Positions 17,999 to 25,758 of a stretch of 32,000 bases of DNA are shown here, one piece after another. A model generated the notes under the pieces. That model saw only the letters and a list, made by a program, of their open reading frames with translations. It did no database searches and had not been told where the DNA came from. The stretch is taken from positions 810,001-842,000 of the forward strand of contig OY969425.1 in NCBI GenBank assembly GCA_963699255.1, read 5' to 3'. Both the position numbers and the translations under genes were made by a program. Each line of letters begins with the position of its first letter. Position 1 is the stretch's first letter. The stretch comes from an uncultured bacterium. Its GTDB lineage: Bacteria; Margulisbacteria; WOR-1; CAVSGV01.

Positions 17999-18024
17999 TG
18001 CTTATCCTCCCTTTCTATTTTCCC

Positions 18025-20532
18025 TTAATTATCTGTGCGCCCTATTTCTATCCAGCGGCCATGTGCGCCAAGAGAGGCCACATAGATAAGCTGCAGAATA
18101 TCACCTTTACCCAAGGTGAAAGGAGTCGCCGCAGAAAGTTGAAGGACATCTAATGTGTCATTATTGAATGTGACGCACTTCAGATCATCCGTCCCTATCA
18201 ATACAAGCATCTGGCCATCTGAGCCGGCGGCTATGGGAGGATTGGCCGTAATGGTTACCGGAACATCTTTCCCTCGTATCAAGAGCACCTTTTTGTTCAG
18301 CATATCCTTTGTGATGCCGCTGACATCTATATCGGTGAAGTCTGACGGCAGATAGCTGACGCTTCCCCTGACTTCCATGGTTGAATTAATTATTACTTCT
18401 CCGCTCACAGAGAGTGAATCTATGGTGCCTATCCCGGTAATGTTCGGGAATGATCCTGTCGCGAGATCCGCGTTGACGATGGTCCCGTTCAGTATCGCAT
18501 CTGATGTGACAGAACCCGTTCCCATATATGACGCCTGGATCTTGCCTGCGCCTATCGTCGGGTTTGGATATGTTCCCGTCAGATCTCCTCCAGCGCTTCC
18601 TCCCGGCGCTACTCCTGATATTGTCACATTTGTTGCGCCTGTTAATCTTCCATCCGCATCTACCGTCACTAATGTAGCTTGTGTTGCAGAACCATATGTC
18701 CCCGCTGTTACCGTTGTCGATGCCAGCGCATCCGCTGTTACTGAGTTTGTTCCCATATATGATGCCTGGATCTTACCGACGCCTATTGTCGGGTTTGGAT
18801 ATGTTCCCGTCAGATCCCCTCCAGCGCTTCCTCCCGGAGCTACTCCTGCTATGGTGGTATTTGATGCCGCCGTTAATCTTCCATCAGCACCTACCGTATA
18901 TACGCCAACCTGTGTCGCGCTACCGTATGACCCAGCTGTTACTGCTGTCGGAGCTAACGCATCTGTTGTTACTGAACCTGTTCCCATGTTAGATGCAGTT
19001 ATCGTATTGTTCGCTATCTTCGAGGTCGTAACCGCAGCGGATGCGATGGTCGGGTTTGGATACGTTCCCGTCAGGTCCCCTCCAGCGCTTCCTCCCGGAG
19101 CTACTCCTGCTATGGTGGTATTTGATGCCGCCGTTAATCTTCCATCAGCACCTACCGTATATACGCCAACTTGTGTTGCGCTACCGTATGACCCAGCTGT
19201 TACTGCTGTCGGAGCTAACGCATCTGTTGTTACTGAACCTGTTCCCATATTAGATGCAGTTATCGTATTGTTCGCTATCTTCGAGTTCGTAACCGCAGCG
19301 GATGCGATGGTCGGGTTTGGATATGTTCCTGTCAGGTCCCCTCCTGCGCTTCCTCCCGGAGCTACTCCTGCTATGGTGGTATTTGATGCCGCCGTTAATC
19401 TTCCATCAGCATCTACCGTATATGTGCCGACCTGTGTCGCGCTACCGTATGACCCAGCTGTTACTGCTGTCGGAGCTAACGCATCTGTTGTTACTGAACC
19501 TGTTCCCATGTTAGATGCCGTGATCGTGTTGTTCGCTATCTTCGAGGTCGTAACCGCAGCGGATGCGATGGTCGGGTTTGGATATGTTCCTGTCAGATCT
19601 CCGCCAGCGCTTCCTGCCGGCGCTACTCCTGATATCGTCACGTTAGATGCTGCCGTTAATCTTCCGTCTGCATCTACCGTATATGTGCCAACTTGTGTTG
19701 CGCTACCGTATGACCCAGCTGTTACTGCTGTCGGAGCCAATGCGTCCGCTGTTACTGAGTTCGTTCCCATGTTAGACGCGGTTATCGTATTGTTCGCTAT
19801 CTTCGAGGTCGTAACCGCAGCGGATGCGATTGTCGGATTTGGATATGTCCCTGTCAGGTCCCCTCCTGCGCTTCCTGTGCAGGTTGATGCAGTTCCCGCC
19901 AGGATAGCATAATTTGCATTAGTAGCATTATCAGCATTGGTAGCAGTATCAGCGCTAGTAGCATGACCTGCATTAGTAGCGCTATCAGCACTGGTAGCAT
20001 GGCCTGCATTAGTAGCACTATCAGCACTGGTAGCGTGACCTGCATTAGTAGCAGAATCAGCACTGGTAGCAGAATCAGCATGCCCGCCATTAGCAGTTCT
20101 TGCATTTGACATTCTGGTATCATTAGCAGTAACCACATTATAAGCATTTGTGTTAGATGAACTATCTTCAAGTGAAACGCCGCCGATCGTGGTCGTGTTT
20201 CCCGAGAGTAATTCGATCGTGCCTGTAGTAGTTATAGTCCCTCCGGAGAGTCCGGTGCCGATGTCGATCCGAGTTATTGTCCCGCCACTGACCGTTTCCC
20301 AGGTGAGCGACCCGGCGCCATTATTCGTCAAGTAAGTATTCGCGGCTCCCTGTAAAGAAGGCCAATGGTAAATGACCCCGTTCAACTTGGTATCTATCAC
20401 ATCAATTGTACTGGTAACCGTTAAAGGCCCCTTCACCGCTTCAGGAAATTCGGGCCCTCCACCACCAAGCTGGACCGCTAAAGCCGAGGAACTCATTATT
20501 CCCAAAAACAAAACAACTAACCACTTTTTCAT
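18025..20532 (-). CDS. secreted tail-fibre-like repeat protein (835 aa)
   Basis: Signal peptide MKKWLVVLFLGIMSSSALA. N-terminal module FPEAVKGPLTVTSTIDV..LNGVIYHWPSLQGAANTYLTNNGAGSLTWE. 36-bp His/Ser/Ala repeats. Six to seven GGDLTGTYPNPTI modules. The C-terminal ~95-aa domain ends IEIGRTDN and is shared with the 872-aa protein. SD AAGGGGG upstream. Confidence 0.8.
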   Translation of the reverse strand: MKKWLVVLFLGIMSSSALAVQLGGGGPEFPEAVKGPLTVTSTIDVIDTKLNGVIYHWPSLQGAANTYLTNNGAGSLTWETVSGGTITRIDIGTGLSGGTITTTGTIELLSGNTTTIGGVSLEDSSSNTNAYNVVTANDTRMSNARTANGGHADSATSADSATNAGHATSADSATNAGHATSADSATNAGHATSADTATNADNATNANYAILAGTASTCTGSAGGDLTGTYPNPTIASAAVTTSKIANNTITASNMGTNSVTADALAPTAVTAGSYGSATQVGTYTVDADGRLTAASNVTISGVAPAGSAGGDLTGTYPNPTIASAAVTTSKIANNTITASNMGTGSVTTDALAPTAVTAGSYGSATQVGTYTVDADGRLTAASNTTIAGVAPGGSAGGDLTGTYPNPTIASAAVTNSKIANNTITASNMGTGSVTTDALAPTAVTAGSYGSATQVGVYTVGADGRLTAASNTTIAGVAPGGSAGGDLTGTYPNPTIASAAVTTSKIANNTITASNMGTGSVTTDALAPTAVTAGSYGSATQVGVYTVGADGRLTAASNTTIAGVAPGGSAGGDLTGTYPNPTIGVGKIQASYMGTNSVTADALASTTVTAGTYGSATQATLVTVDADGRLTGATNVTISGVAPGGSAGGDLTGTYPNPTIGAGKIQASYMGTGSVTSDAILNGTIVNADLATGSFPNITGIGTIDSLSVSGEVIINSTMEVRGSVSYLPSDFTDIDVSGITKDMLNKKVLLIRGKDVPVTITANPPIAAGSDGQMLVLIGTDDLKCVTFNNDTLDVLQLSAATPFTLGKGDILQLIYVASLGAHGRWIEIGRTDN
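18540..19880 (-). repeat. coding tandem repeats, 231-bp then 261-bp units (about 5 copies, diverged a few percent)
   Basis: cgggtttggata.gttcc anchors recur at about 18551, 18790, 19051, 19312, 19573 and 19834. Antisense ORFs at 19041 and 19302 are 261 nt apart. The 87-aa unit is GGSAGGDLTGTYPNPTIASAAVTTSKIANNTITASNMGTGSVTTDALAPTAVTAGSYGSATQVG.YTV.ADGRLTAASNTTIAGVAP. Confidence 0.85.
19961..20068 (-). repeat. coding 36-bp tandem repeat x3 (NAGHATSADSAT)
   Basis: gcatgacctgcattagtagcgctatcagcactggta (19961-19996) is repeated at 19997-20032 and 20033-20068 with 2-5 substitutions. Degenerate copies flank the array. Confidence 0.85.
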
Positions 20533-20551
20533 TTTCGCTCAACCCCCTTTT

Positions 20552-23170
20552 TTAATTATCTGTCCTGCTGATTTCATACCAGGCATTATCAACCTGGTCA
20601 TATATACATATCATAGTATCTTTATTGCCAAAGGTAAAGGGTGAATTGCCGGATAGTATCAAGTAATTCCCAGGGTTGAACTTTACGGTATTTATATTGT
20701 CAGTGCCCCGCAGGATTATCATTTGCCCGTCCTCTCCAGGCGCGATCGGAGGGTCCGCCGTCACAACCACCGGCCCGCCATTTCCCGCGATGCGGATCAA
20801 TTTCTTATTCAACATTCCCGCTGTCAGACCCGAACTTGCATTAATATAATTTATCGATGACGACGGATAGATCACTTTTCCATCAGCCTTAAATGTACCA
20901 CCTACTTCTAGGTTCCCCCCCGCTTCTATGGTGACCGTGCCCACCGTAAGGTTGCCGGTCATGGTGTCGCCTGCCCTGAGGACCGCGGTCTCTGCACTGA
21001 TCGCCGAACCAGCTGATATTGCGTAATCCGCTGTTGCCGCATTCGTAGCTGTGACTCCCGATAAATTCGATCCGTTGCCAAAAAATGCTGCCGCAGTTAC
21101 AACACCAGTTGTGCTAATATTGATATTAGTCATAAGAGCGCTACCCGCTATCTTATTCGTGGCCGTGTCAACCTTGCTCCAGTCAACCCCTGATATTTGC
21201 GAATTAGATATACCTAAAGCTTTTACCTCAAGTGATTGATCACCATTCAGATCAACAGTGATATTATCGTATTTGTTTGTTGCAGCTTCACCAGTTGGAC
21301 CGATCGGGCCTTGAATACCTTGAATGCCCTGAATACCTTGGATACCTTGTGGACCTGCTTCTCCAGTCAATCCGATGGGACCTTGAGGTCCGATAGCTCC
21401 GGTCTCGCCAGTCGGACCGATGGGACCTTGAATTCCTTGAATGCCCTGGATCCCTTGAATGCCTTGCGGACCTTGAGGCCCTGCTTCTCCAGTTGATCCG
21501 ATAGGACCCTCAGGACCAACAGCACCAGTCTCACCGGTCAGACCGATTGGCCCTTGAATTCCTTGGATACCTTGTATGCCTTGCGGACCTTGAAGACCTG
21601 CTTCGCCAGTTAATCCGATAGGACCTTCAGGACCGACAGCTCCAGTCTCACCAGTTGGACCGATCGGACCTTGAATTCCTTGGATGCCCTGAATACCTTG
21701 GATACCTTGTGGACCTGCTTCTCCAGTTAATCCGATAGGACCTTGAGGTCCGACTGCGCCAGTCTCACCGGTCGGACCGATCGGACCTTGAATTCCCTGA
21801 ATACCTTGGATACCTTGTGGACCTTGAGGACCGACTGCACCAGTCTCTCCGGTCAGACCGATCGGACCTTGAATTCCTTGGATACCTTGTATGCCTTGCG
21901 GACCTTGAGGACCAGCTTCTCCCGTTACTATTGCCCAAACCGGATTTTGAGATGCGCCTTGAGTCTCTAAGTAGTACCCGCTGGTTCCTGCTGTAAGTCT
22001 GGCCCATTTCGATCCATCATAATACATCACATCACCTTGCGACGCGGCATCCGTTGTTACAACTGTTGACGATAACCTTGCATTGTCGATCGTCCCTGAA
22101 GTGATATTCGTTGCGTCCAGGTTGGTCAGTAAGTTGCCTCCTCCGTCTATGGACTTGTTAGTTAATGTTTGCGCGTCCGTTGTCGTTACGACCACGCTAG
22201 TATCGATCGTTAAAGTCCCTGTTATCATTATCGGACCTCCAAGCAATCCTCTGCTTGTATTTACCTGAGTAACAGTTCCGGTCCCTCCGGAGTTCACCCA
22301 GGTGAATTGATCCGATCCGCCGTAGCTTAGAACCTGCCCGTTGGCCGGCGAATTTGTGGCGTTCAGTTTTGGTTCAATGATCGAATCATTTGCTATCGCA
22401 TCCGAGGTTACTGATCCGGTCGCCATTTTCGATGCTGTGATCCCTCCATTAGCAACATCGAGCGTTCCCGAACTTGTTATCGGACCCCCTGTCAATGACG
22501 GTCCTGTATTGACAGACGTAACGGTTCCGCTGCCGCCTCCTATTGCAGAGATCTCGATCGTTTGCCCGCTTTGCAAGAGAGAGACATTCGTTCCGCCTTT
22601 AAGCGTTACTGTCCCAGTTAAAGCCGCCGCGTCGGATGAAGATATTCCTGTAACGGAAGCCGGAATAACTGAGGAAGAAAGTTTCCCCATTCCATCGGTC
22701 GTTGGAATGATGTTTGCCCCTGAAGCAGATATGGGATATCCCGCGGCTTTTGTCGAATCGTCGGCTTGAAGCGTCCTGTACGCGTGTGCCGCGCTAGCTA
22801 TCTGGATCCTTGGCGTCATTTCTCCGCCCGGCGGGACTTCAACTCCCAGCCACCTGTCCGTACCATCAAATACACTTGGTTGGAAAGCTATTATCGTGCT
22901 GAAGACACCATTGCTATCGGGGGTGAGAGTTTCTACGGATGTCCCGTTCGTGACAGGGACGCCGCCGCTTGCCTGGCTGTACATTCTGAAAGTAAAAGTT
23001 GTGGAAGTAGTCGCTGGGGTCCCGTCTAAATATGTCAGTCTGCCTTCATAACCTATTATTTGCGGTATCGCCGCGTAACATATCCCCGTTATGCCTATCC
23101 GGCTGCCGTCAGGAAAGCCCGGCAGGTCCGCCAGAGGCAGGCTGAAAGCGGACACCATTAATATGAACAC
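20552..23170 (-). CDS. secreted collagen-like / tail-fibre-like protein (872 aa; true start may be ATT 23194)
   Basis: The ORF begins mid signal peptide ([14 protein letters not shown]). In frame upstream, ATT ATT AAG AAG lies 7 nt after GAGGTG, which would give (M)[21 protein letters not shown]. Motifs: QTLTNKSI, 71 Gly-X-Y triplets, [23 protein letters not shown]. The C-terminal domain ends YEISRTDN. Confidence 0.8.
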   Translation of the reverse strand: MFILMVSAFSLPLADLPGFPDGSRIGITGICYAAIPQIIGYEGRLTYLDGTPATTSTTFTFRMYSQASGGVPVTNGTSVETLTPDSNGVFSTIIAFQPSVFDGTDRWLGVEVPPGGEMTPRIQIASAAHAYRTLQADDSTKAAGYPISASGANIIPTTDGMGKLSSSVIPASVTGISSSDAAALTGTVTLKGGTNVSLLQSGQTIEISAIGGGSGTVTSVNTGPSLTGGPITSSGTLDVANGGITASKMATGSVTSDAIANDSIIEPKLNATNSPANGQVLSYGGSDQFTWVNSGGTGTVTQVNTSRGLLGGPIMITGTLTIDTSVVVTTTDAQTLTNKSIDGGGNLLTNLDATNITSGTIDNARLSSTVVTTDAASQGDVMYYDGSKWARLTAGTSGYYLETQGASQNPVWAIVTGEAGPQGPQGIQGIQGIQGPIGLTGETGAVGPQGPQGIQGIQGIQGPIGPTGETGAVGPQGPIGLTGEAGPQGIQGIQGIQGIQGPIGPTGETGAVGPEGPIGLTGEAGLQGPQGIQGIQGIQGPIGLTGETGAVGPEGPIGSTGEAGPQGPQGIQGIQGIQGIQGPIGPTGETGAIGPQGPIGLTGEAGPQGIQGIQGIQGIQGPIGPTGEAATNKYDNITVDLNGDQSLEVKALGISNSQISGVDWSKVDTATNKIAGSALMTNINISTTGVVTAAAFFGNGSNLSGVTATNAATADYAISAGSAISAETAVLRAGDTMTGNLTVGTVTIEAGGNLEVGGTFKADGKVIYPSSSINYINASSGLTAGMLNKKLIRIAGNGGPVVVTADPPIAPGEDGQMIILRGTDNINTVKFNPGNYLILSGNSPFTFGNKDTMICIYDQVDNAWYEISRTDN
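21284..21922 (-). repeat. collagen-like triple-helix region: 71 uninterrupted Gly-X-Y triplets (639 nt)
   Basis: Counted from the translation: [30 protein letters not shown] ... GPI GPT GEA, with no interruption. Higher-order unit of about 13-14 triplets. The DNA copies are diverged, unlike the perfect repeats of the giant gene. Confidence 0.9.
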
Positions 23171-23351
23171 TGAAACAAAAATCTTCTTAATAATAAAATA
23201 ACACCTCAGTTGTTCATCGTGTCATAGTCCCGCTACCTTATTATTGGAATATAATGTGATGCGGGATCCCGCCTTTGGCGGTGATTAACCGTGTCATTTC
23301 TTCTTTATTATACCAGAGAATTTTGCATATTCAAAGGGGGTAAAAGCCGGA

Positions 23352-24752
23352 TCATGATGACAGGGTTTTATCTATGGCTTTAGCGGCTTTTTTCCCGGCC
23401 CCCATGGCTTCGATGACGGTAGCCGCTCCGGATACTATATCCCCGCCGGCATATACATATGTAATGGAAGTCTGCCCTGTCACGGGATCCGCTATGATCC
23501 CGCCCCATTTTTCCATCTTAAGGCCATTTATCATCCCTGGCAAAAGCGGGTTCGGGTTATTCCCGATAGCTACTATCACAGTGTCAACATCGATCAAGGA
23601 TTCGGATCCTTTAACAGGAATGGGGCGCCGTCTTCCGGAATCATCCGGTTCTCCGAGTTCCATTTTCAGGATCTCCATCTGTGAAACCCATCCGTCCTTT
23701 CCTATGATCCGCGTAGGATTTGAAAGCAGCCTGAATTTAACCCCTTCTTCTTTCGCATGCTCTATCTCTTCCGCCCTTGCCGGCATTTCCTCATTGCTTC
23801 TACGGTAAACGATAGTTACTTCATCCGCTCCAAGCCTCAGCGACACCCTTGCGGAATCCATAGCAACGTTCCCCGCGCCGACCACGACCACTTTTTTGCC
23901 GATCTTTACCGGGGTCAAGTATTCAGGGAACAGGTAGGCTTTCATCAGGTTCACTCTGGTCAGGTATTCATTCGCGGAATAAACACCCCCTAGATTTTCG
24001 CCGGGCACCTTCAAGAACTGCGGCAGTCCCGCCCCGGCGCCGATGAAGACCGCCTTGTACCCCTGGGACAAAAGATCGTCGATCGTCAATGTCCTCCCTA
24101 TCAGGGTATTTATCTTAACATCAACGCCGAGATTCTTTATCCCGTCGCTCTCAAATTGAACTATTTTTTTGGGCAGCCTGAACTCGGGAATGCCGTAGGT
24201 CAAAACCCCGCCGGTCTCATGCAGGGACTCGAACATGGTCACCTGATATCCCTTTTTTGCAAGGTCCCCCGCGCAGGTCAGGCCGGCTGGTCCAGATCCC
24301 ACTACAGCGATTTTTGCCTTGTCGTTTTTTTTCACATCTCGCACTTGCCCCGCACGAAGTTGCGGGGTCTCACATCTCACATCTCTATTTTTCATCTCCC
24401 AATCCGCCGCGAATCTCTCCAGCCTGCCGATAGCTATCGGATTGTTCTTCCTTGCGAACACGCAGACTTTTTCGCACTGGTCTTCCTGAGGACACACCCT
24501 TCCGCAGATAGCCGGAAGATTGTTTTTCTCCTTCAATTTCTTTATGGCTTCATCGAATTTGCCGTCAGCAATATAAGCCACGAACGCGGGGATATCAATT
24601 TCGACCGGGCAACCGGCCATGCACGTAGGTTTTTTGCACTGTATGCAGCGTTTTGCCTCGGCTACCGCCTGCTCCGGCGTGTAGCCAAGCGCCACTTCGT
24701 TAAAGTTATTAACCCTTTCTCTCGGGTTTTGTTCGGACATAGGTTGACGCAT
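23352..24752 (-). CDS. nfnB: NfnB / SudA / GltD-like subunit: NADPH-dependent FAD oxidoreductase with two [4Fe-4S] clusters
   Basis: N-terminal Cys clusters CIQCKKPTCMAGCPV and CGRVCPQEDQCEKVC. Dinucleotide fold KIAVVGSGPAGLTCAGDLAKKGYQVTMFE. Second fold KVVVVGAGNVAMDSAR. C-terminal YAGGDIVSGAATVIEAMGAGKKAA. Adjacent to the small NfnA-like subunit. Confidence 0.8.
   Translation of the reverse strand: MRQPMSEQNPRERVNNFNEVALGYTPEQAVAEAKRCIQCKKPTCMAGCPVEIDIPAFVAYIADGKFDEAIKKLKEKNNLPAICGRVCPQEDQCEKVCVFARKNNPIAIGRLERFAADWEMKNRDVRCETPQLRAGQVRDVKKNDKAKIAVVGSGPAGLTCAGDLAKKGYQVTMFESLHETGGVLTYGIPEFRLPKKIVQFESDGIKNLGVDVKINTLIGRTLTIDDLLSQGYKAVFIGAGAGLPQFLKVPGENLGGVYSANEYLTRVNLMKAYLFPEYLTPVKIGKKVVVVGAGNVAMDSARVSLRLGADEVTIVYRRSNEEMPARAEEIEHAKEEGVKFRLLSNPTRIIGKDGWVSQMEILKMELGEPDDSGRRRPIPVKGSESLIDVDTVIVAIGNNPNPLLPGMINGLKMEKWGGIIADPVTGQTSITYVYAGGDIVSGAATVIEAMGAGKKAAKAIDKTLSS
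24339..24371 (-). repeat. 33-nt GC hairpin element, in-frame inside nfnB (copy 1)
   Basis: tcgcacttg-ccccgca-cgaagt-tgcgggg-tctc, a 7-bp stem with a 6-nt loop. Translated as ETPQLRAGQVR. Bracketed by the direct repeat cacatctc at 24333-24340 and at 24371-24378 / 24378-24385. Confidence 0.75.
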
Positions 24753-24765
24753 ATACTAAGCCCCT

Positions 24766-24869
24766 AATTTCCAATTACCAATAACAAATGTCAAATTAAT
24801 TACCAATTATGCAATACCCAATTGGGAATTGACCATTGGGCATTAATTTGTAATTTGACATTGGAAATT
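24766..24869. repeat. ~105-nt imperfect nested palindrome of CCAATT/AATTGG words in the nfnA-nfnB spacer
   Basis: aatgtcaaatta (24787-24798) pairs with taatttgacatt (24851-24862). aatttccaat (24766-24775) pairs with attggaaatt (24860-24869). The central perfect palindrome cccaattggg is at 24817-24826. Confidence 0.7.
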
Positions 24870-24881
24870 GGTCATTTGTCA

Positions 24882-25730
24882 TTATTTGCATCTCTCGCAC
24901 TTCTCCGAAGCTATCTTCTCTTTGTCTTTATACTGACCCAGCCTTGTCATAAGTTCATCGTAATCCACCTGATGGGCGTCGAATTCCGGCCCGTCAACAC
25001 AGGTGAACCTGACCGCCCCACCGACCGTAACTCGGCACACTCCGCACATTCCCGTTGCGTCAAGCATGATAGGGTTCAAACTTACGATCGTCTTTATGCC
25101 GTAAGGCCGGGTTACGCCGGCAACCGCTTTCATCATCTGGACCGGACCTATCGCGATGACCCTGTCGATCTTTGTCCCTTTACCGATCAGGTCCTTTAAC
25201 TCATCCGACACAAAACCTTTTCTCCCGCAGCTTCCGTCGTCGGTCGTTATGTAAAACTCGTCGCTGTAAGCCTGATTCTCTTTCCTGAATATAAGCGCGG
25301 TCTCGCATCTTGAGCCGGTAATGGTGATGACCTTATTCCCCTTTGTCTTCATTGCTTTCACGATCGGATGGACCACCGCGATCCCTACGCCTCCTCCGAC
25401 ACATACAACCGTCCCAAAATTCTCAACTTCCGTCGGATGGCCAAGAGGCCCGAGGATGTCCAATATCGCACTTGCCCCGCGCCCAGTCGCGGGGTCTCCC
25501 GCCTCTAATTTCCCAAGCATTTTCGTGCTTGCTCCAACCTCCTGGAAGACCAAAGTGATGCGGTTCGTGTTATCGGTATCGGCGATCGTGAGCGGCGTTC
25601 TTTCGCCTTTTTCATCGATGCGCAGCGTCACGAACTGGCCGGCTTTTGCGTGTTGCGCGATAAGCGGGGCTTCCACATCGATCCTGACTATATTTTCATA
25701 GAGTCTTTCTTTGTGAAGTATCTTGAACAT
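24882..25730 (-). CDS. nfnA: NfnA / SudB-like subunit: ferredoxin-NADP reductase-type FAD protein with C-terminal [2Fe-2S] site
   Basis: FNR-like fold: GQFVTLRIDEKGERTPLTIAD, GPLGHP, VVCVGGGVGIAVVHPI. C-terminal Cys motif ATGMCGVCRV...FTCVDGPEF. Same organisation as PyrK/SudB/NfnA family members. Confidence 0.8.
   Translation of the reverse strand: MFKILHKERLYENIVRIDVEAPLIAQHAKAGQFVTLRIDEKGERTPLTIADTDNTNRITLVFQEVGASTKMLGKLEAGDPATGRGASAILDILGPLGHPTEVENFGTVVCVGGGVGIAVVHPIVKAMKTKGNKVITITGSRCETALIFRKENQAYSDEFYITTDDGSCGRKGFVSDELKDLIGKGTKIDRVIAIGPVQMMKAVAGVTRPYGIKTIVSLNPIMLDATGMCGVCRVTVGGAVRFTCVDGPEFDAHQVDYDELMTRLGQYKDKEKIASEKCERCK
25466..25498 (-). repeat. 33-nt GC hairpin element, in-frame inside nfnA (copy 2)
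   Basis: tcgcacttg-ccccgcg-cccagt-cgcgggg-tctc. 29 of 33 nt are identical to the copy at 24339-24371. Translated in a different frame as (G)DPATGRGASA. Confidence 0.75.
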
Positions 25731-25758
25731 AGTTTGATTTTATCATACTCAAATAAAA

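Noticed and set aside
18377-19912. 511-aa plus-strand ORF and several 60-105-aa ORFs (including 19854..20171 on the minus strand in another frame) inside the 835-aa fibre gene
   Set aside because: Same shadow-ORF effect in repetitive, stop-poor sequence. They overlap a much better supported gene completely.
10090-20532. Diversity-generating retroelement (TR/VR pair) acting on the fibre genes
   Set aside because: No reverse transcriptase gene lies in the window. Differences between repeat copies are not confined to adenine positions; many copies are simply identical.
21051-22007. ORFs in alternative frames or strands of the collagen region (21236..21496, 21743..21970, 21765..22007)
   Set aside because: These are by-products of the Gly-X-Y codon periodicity (Arg/Ser/Thr/Leu-rich nonsense). 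The GXY frame is the only one continuous with the flanking domains.
10090-23170. Prophage or phage tail module
   Set aside because: Tail-fibre-like motifs are abundant. However, all four proteins have Sec signal peptides, and no capsid, portal, terminase, tube/sheath, baseplate, lysis or integrase genes or att-like repeats are visible in the window. The flanks are housekeeping genes. The full contig should still be checked.
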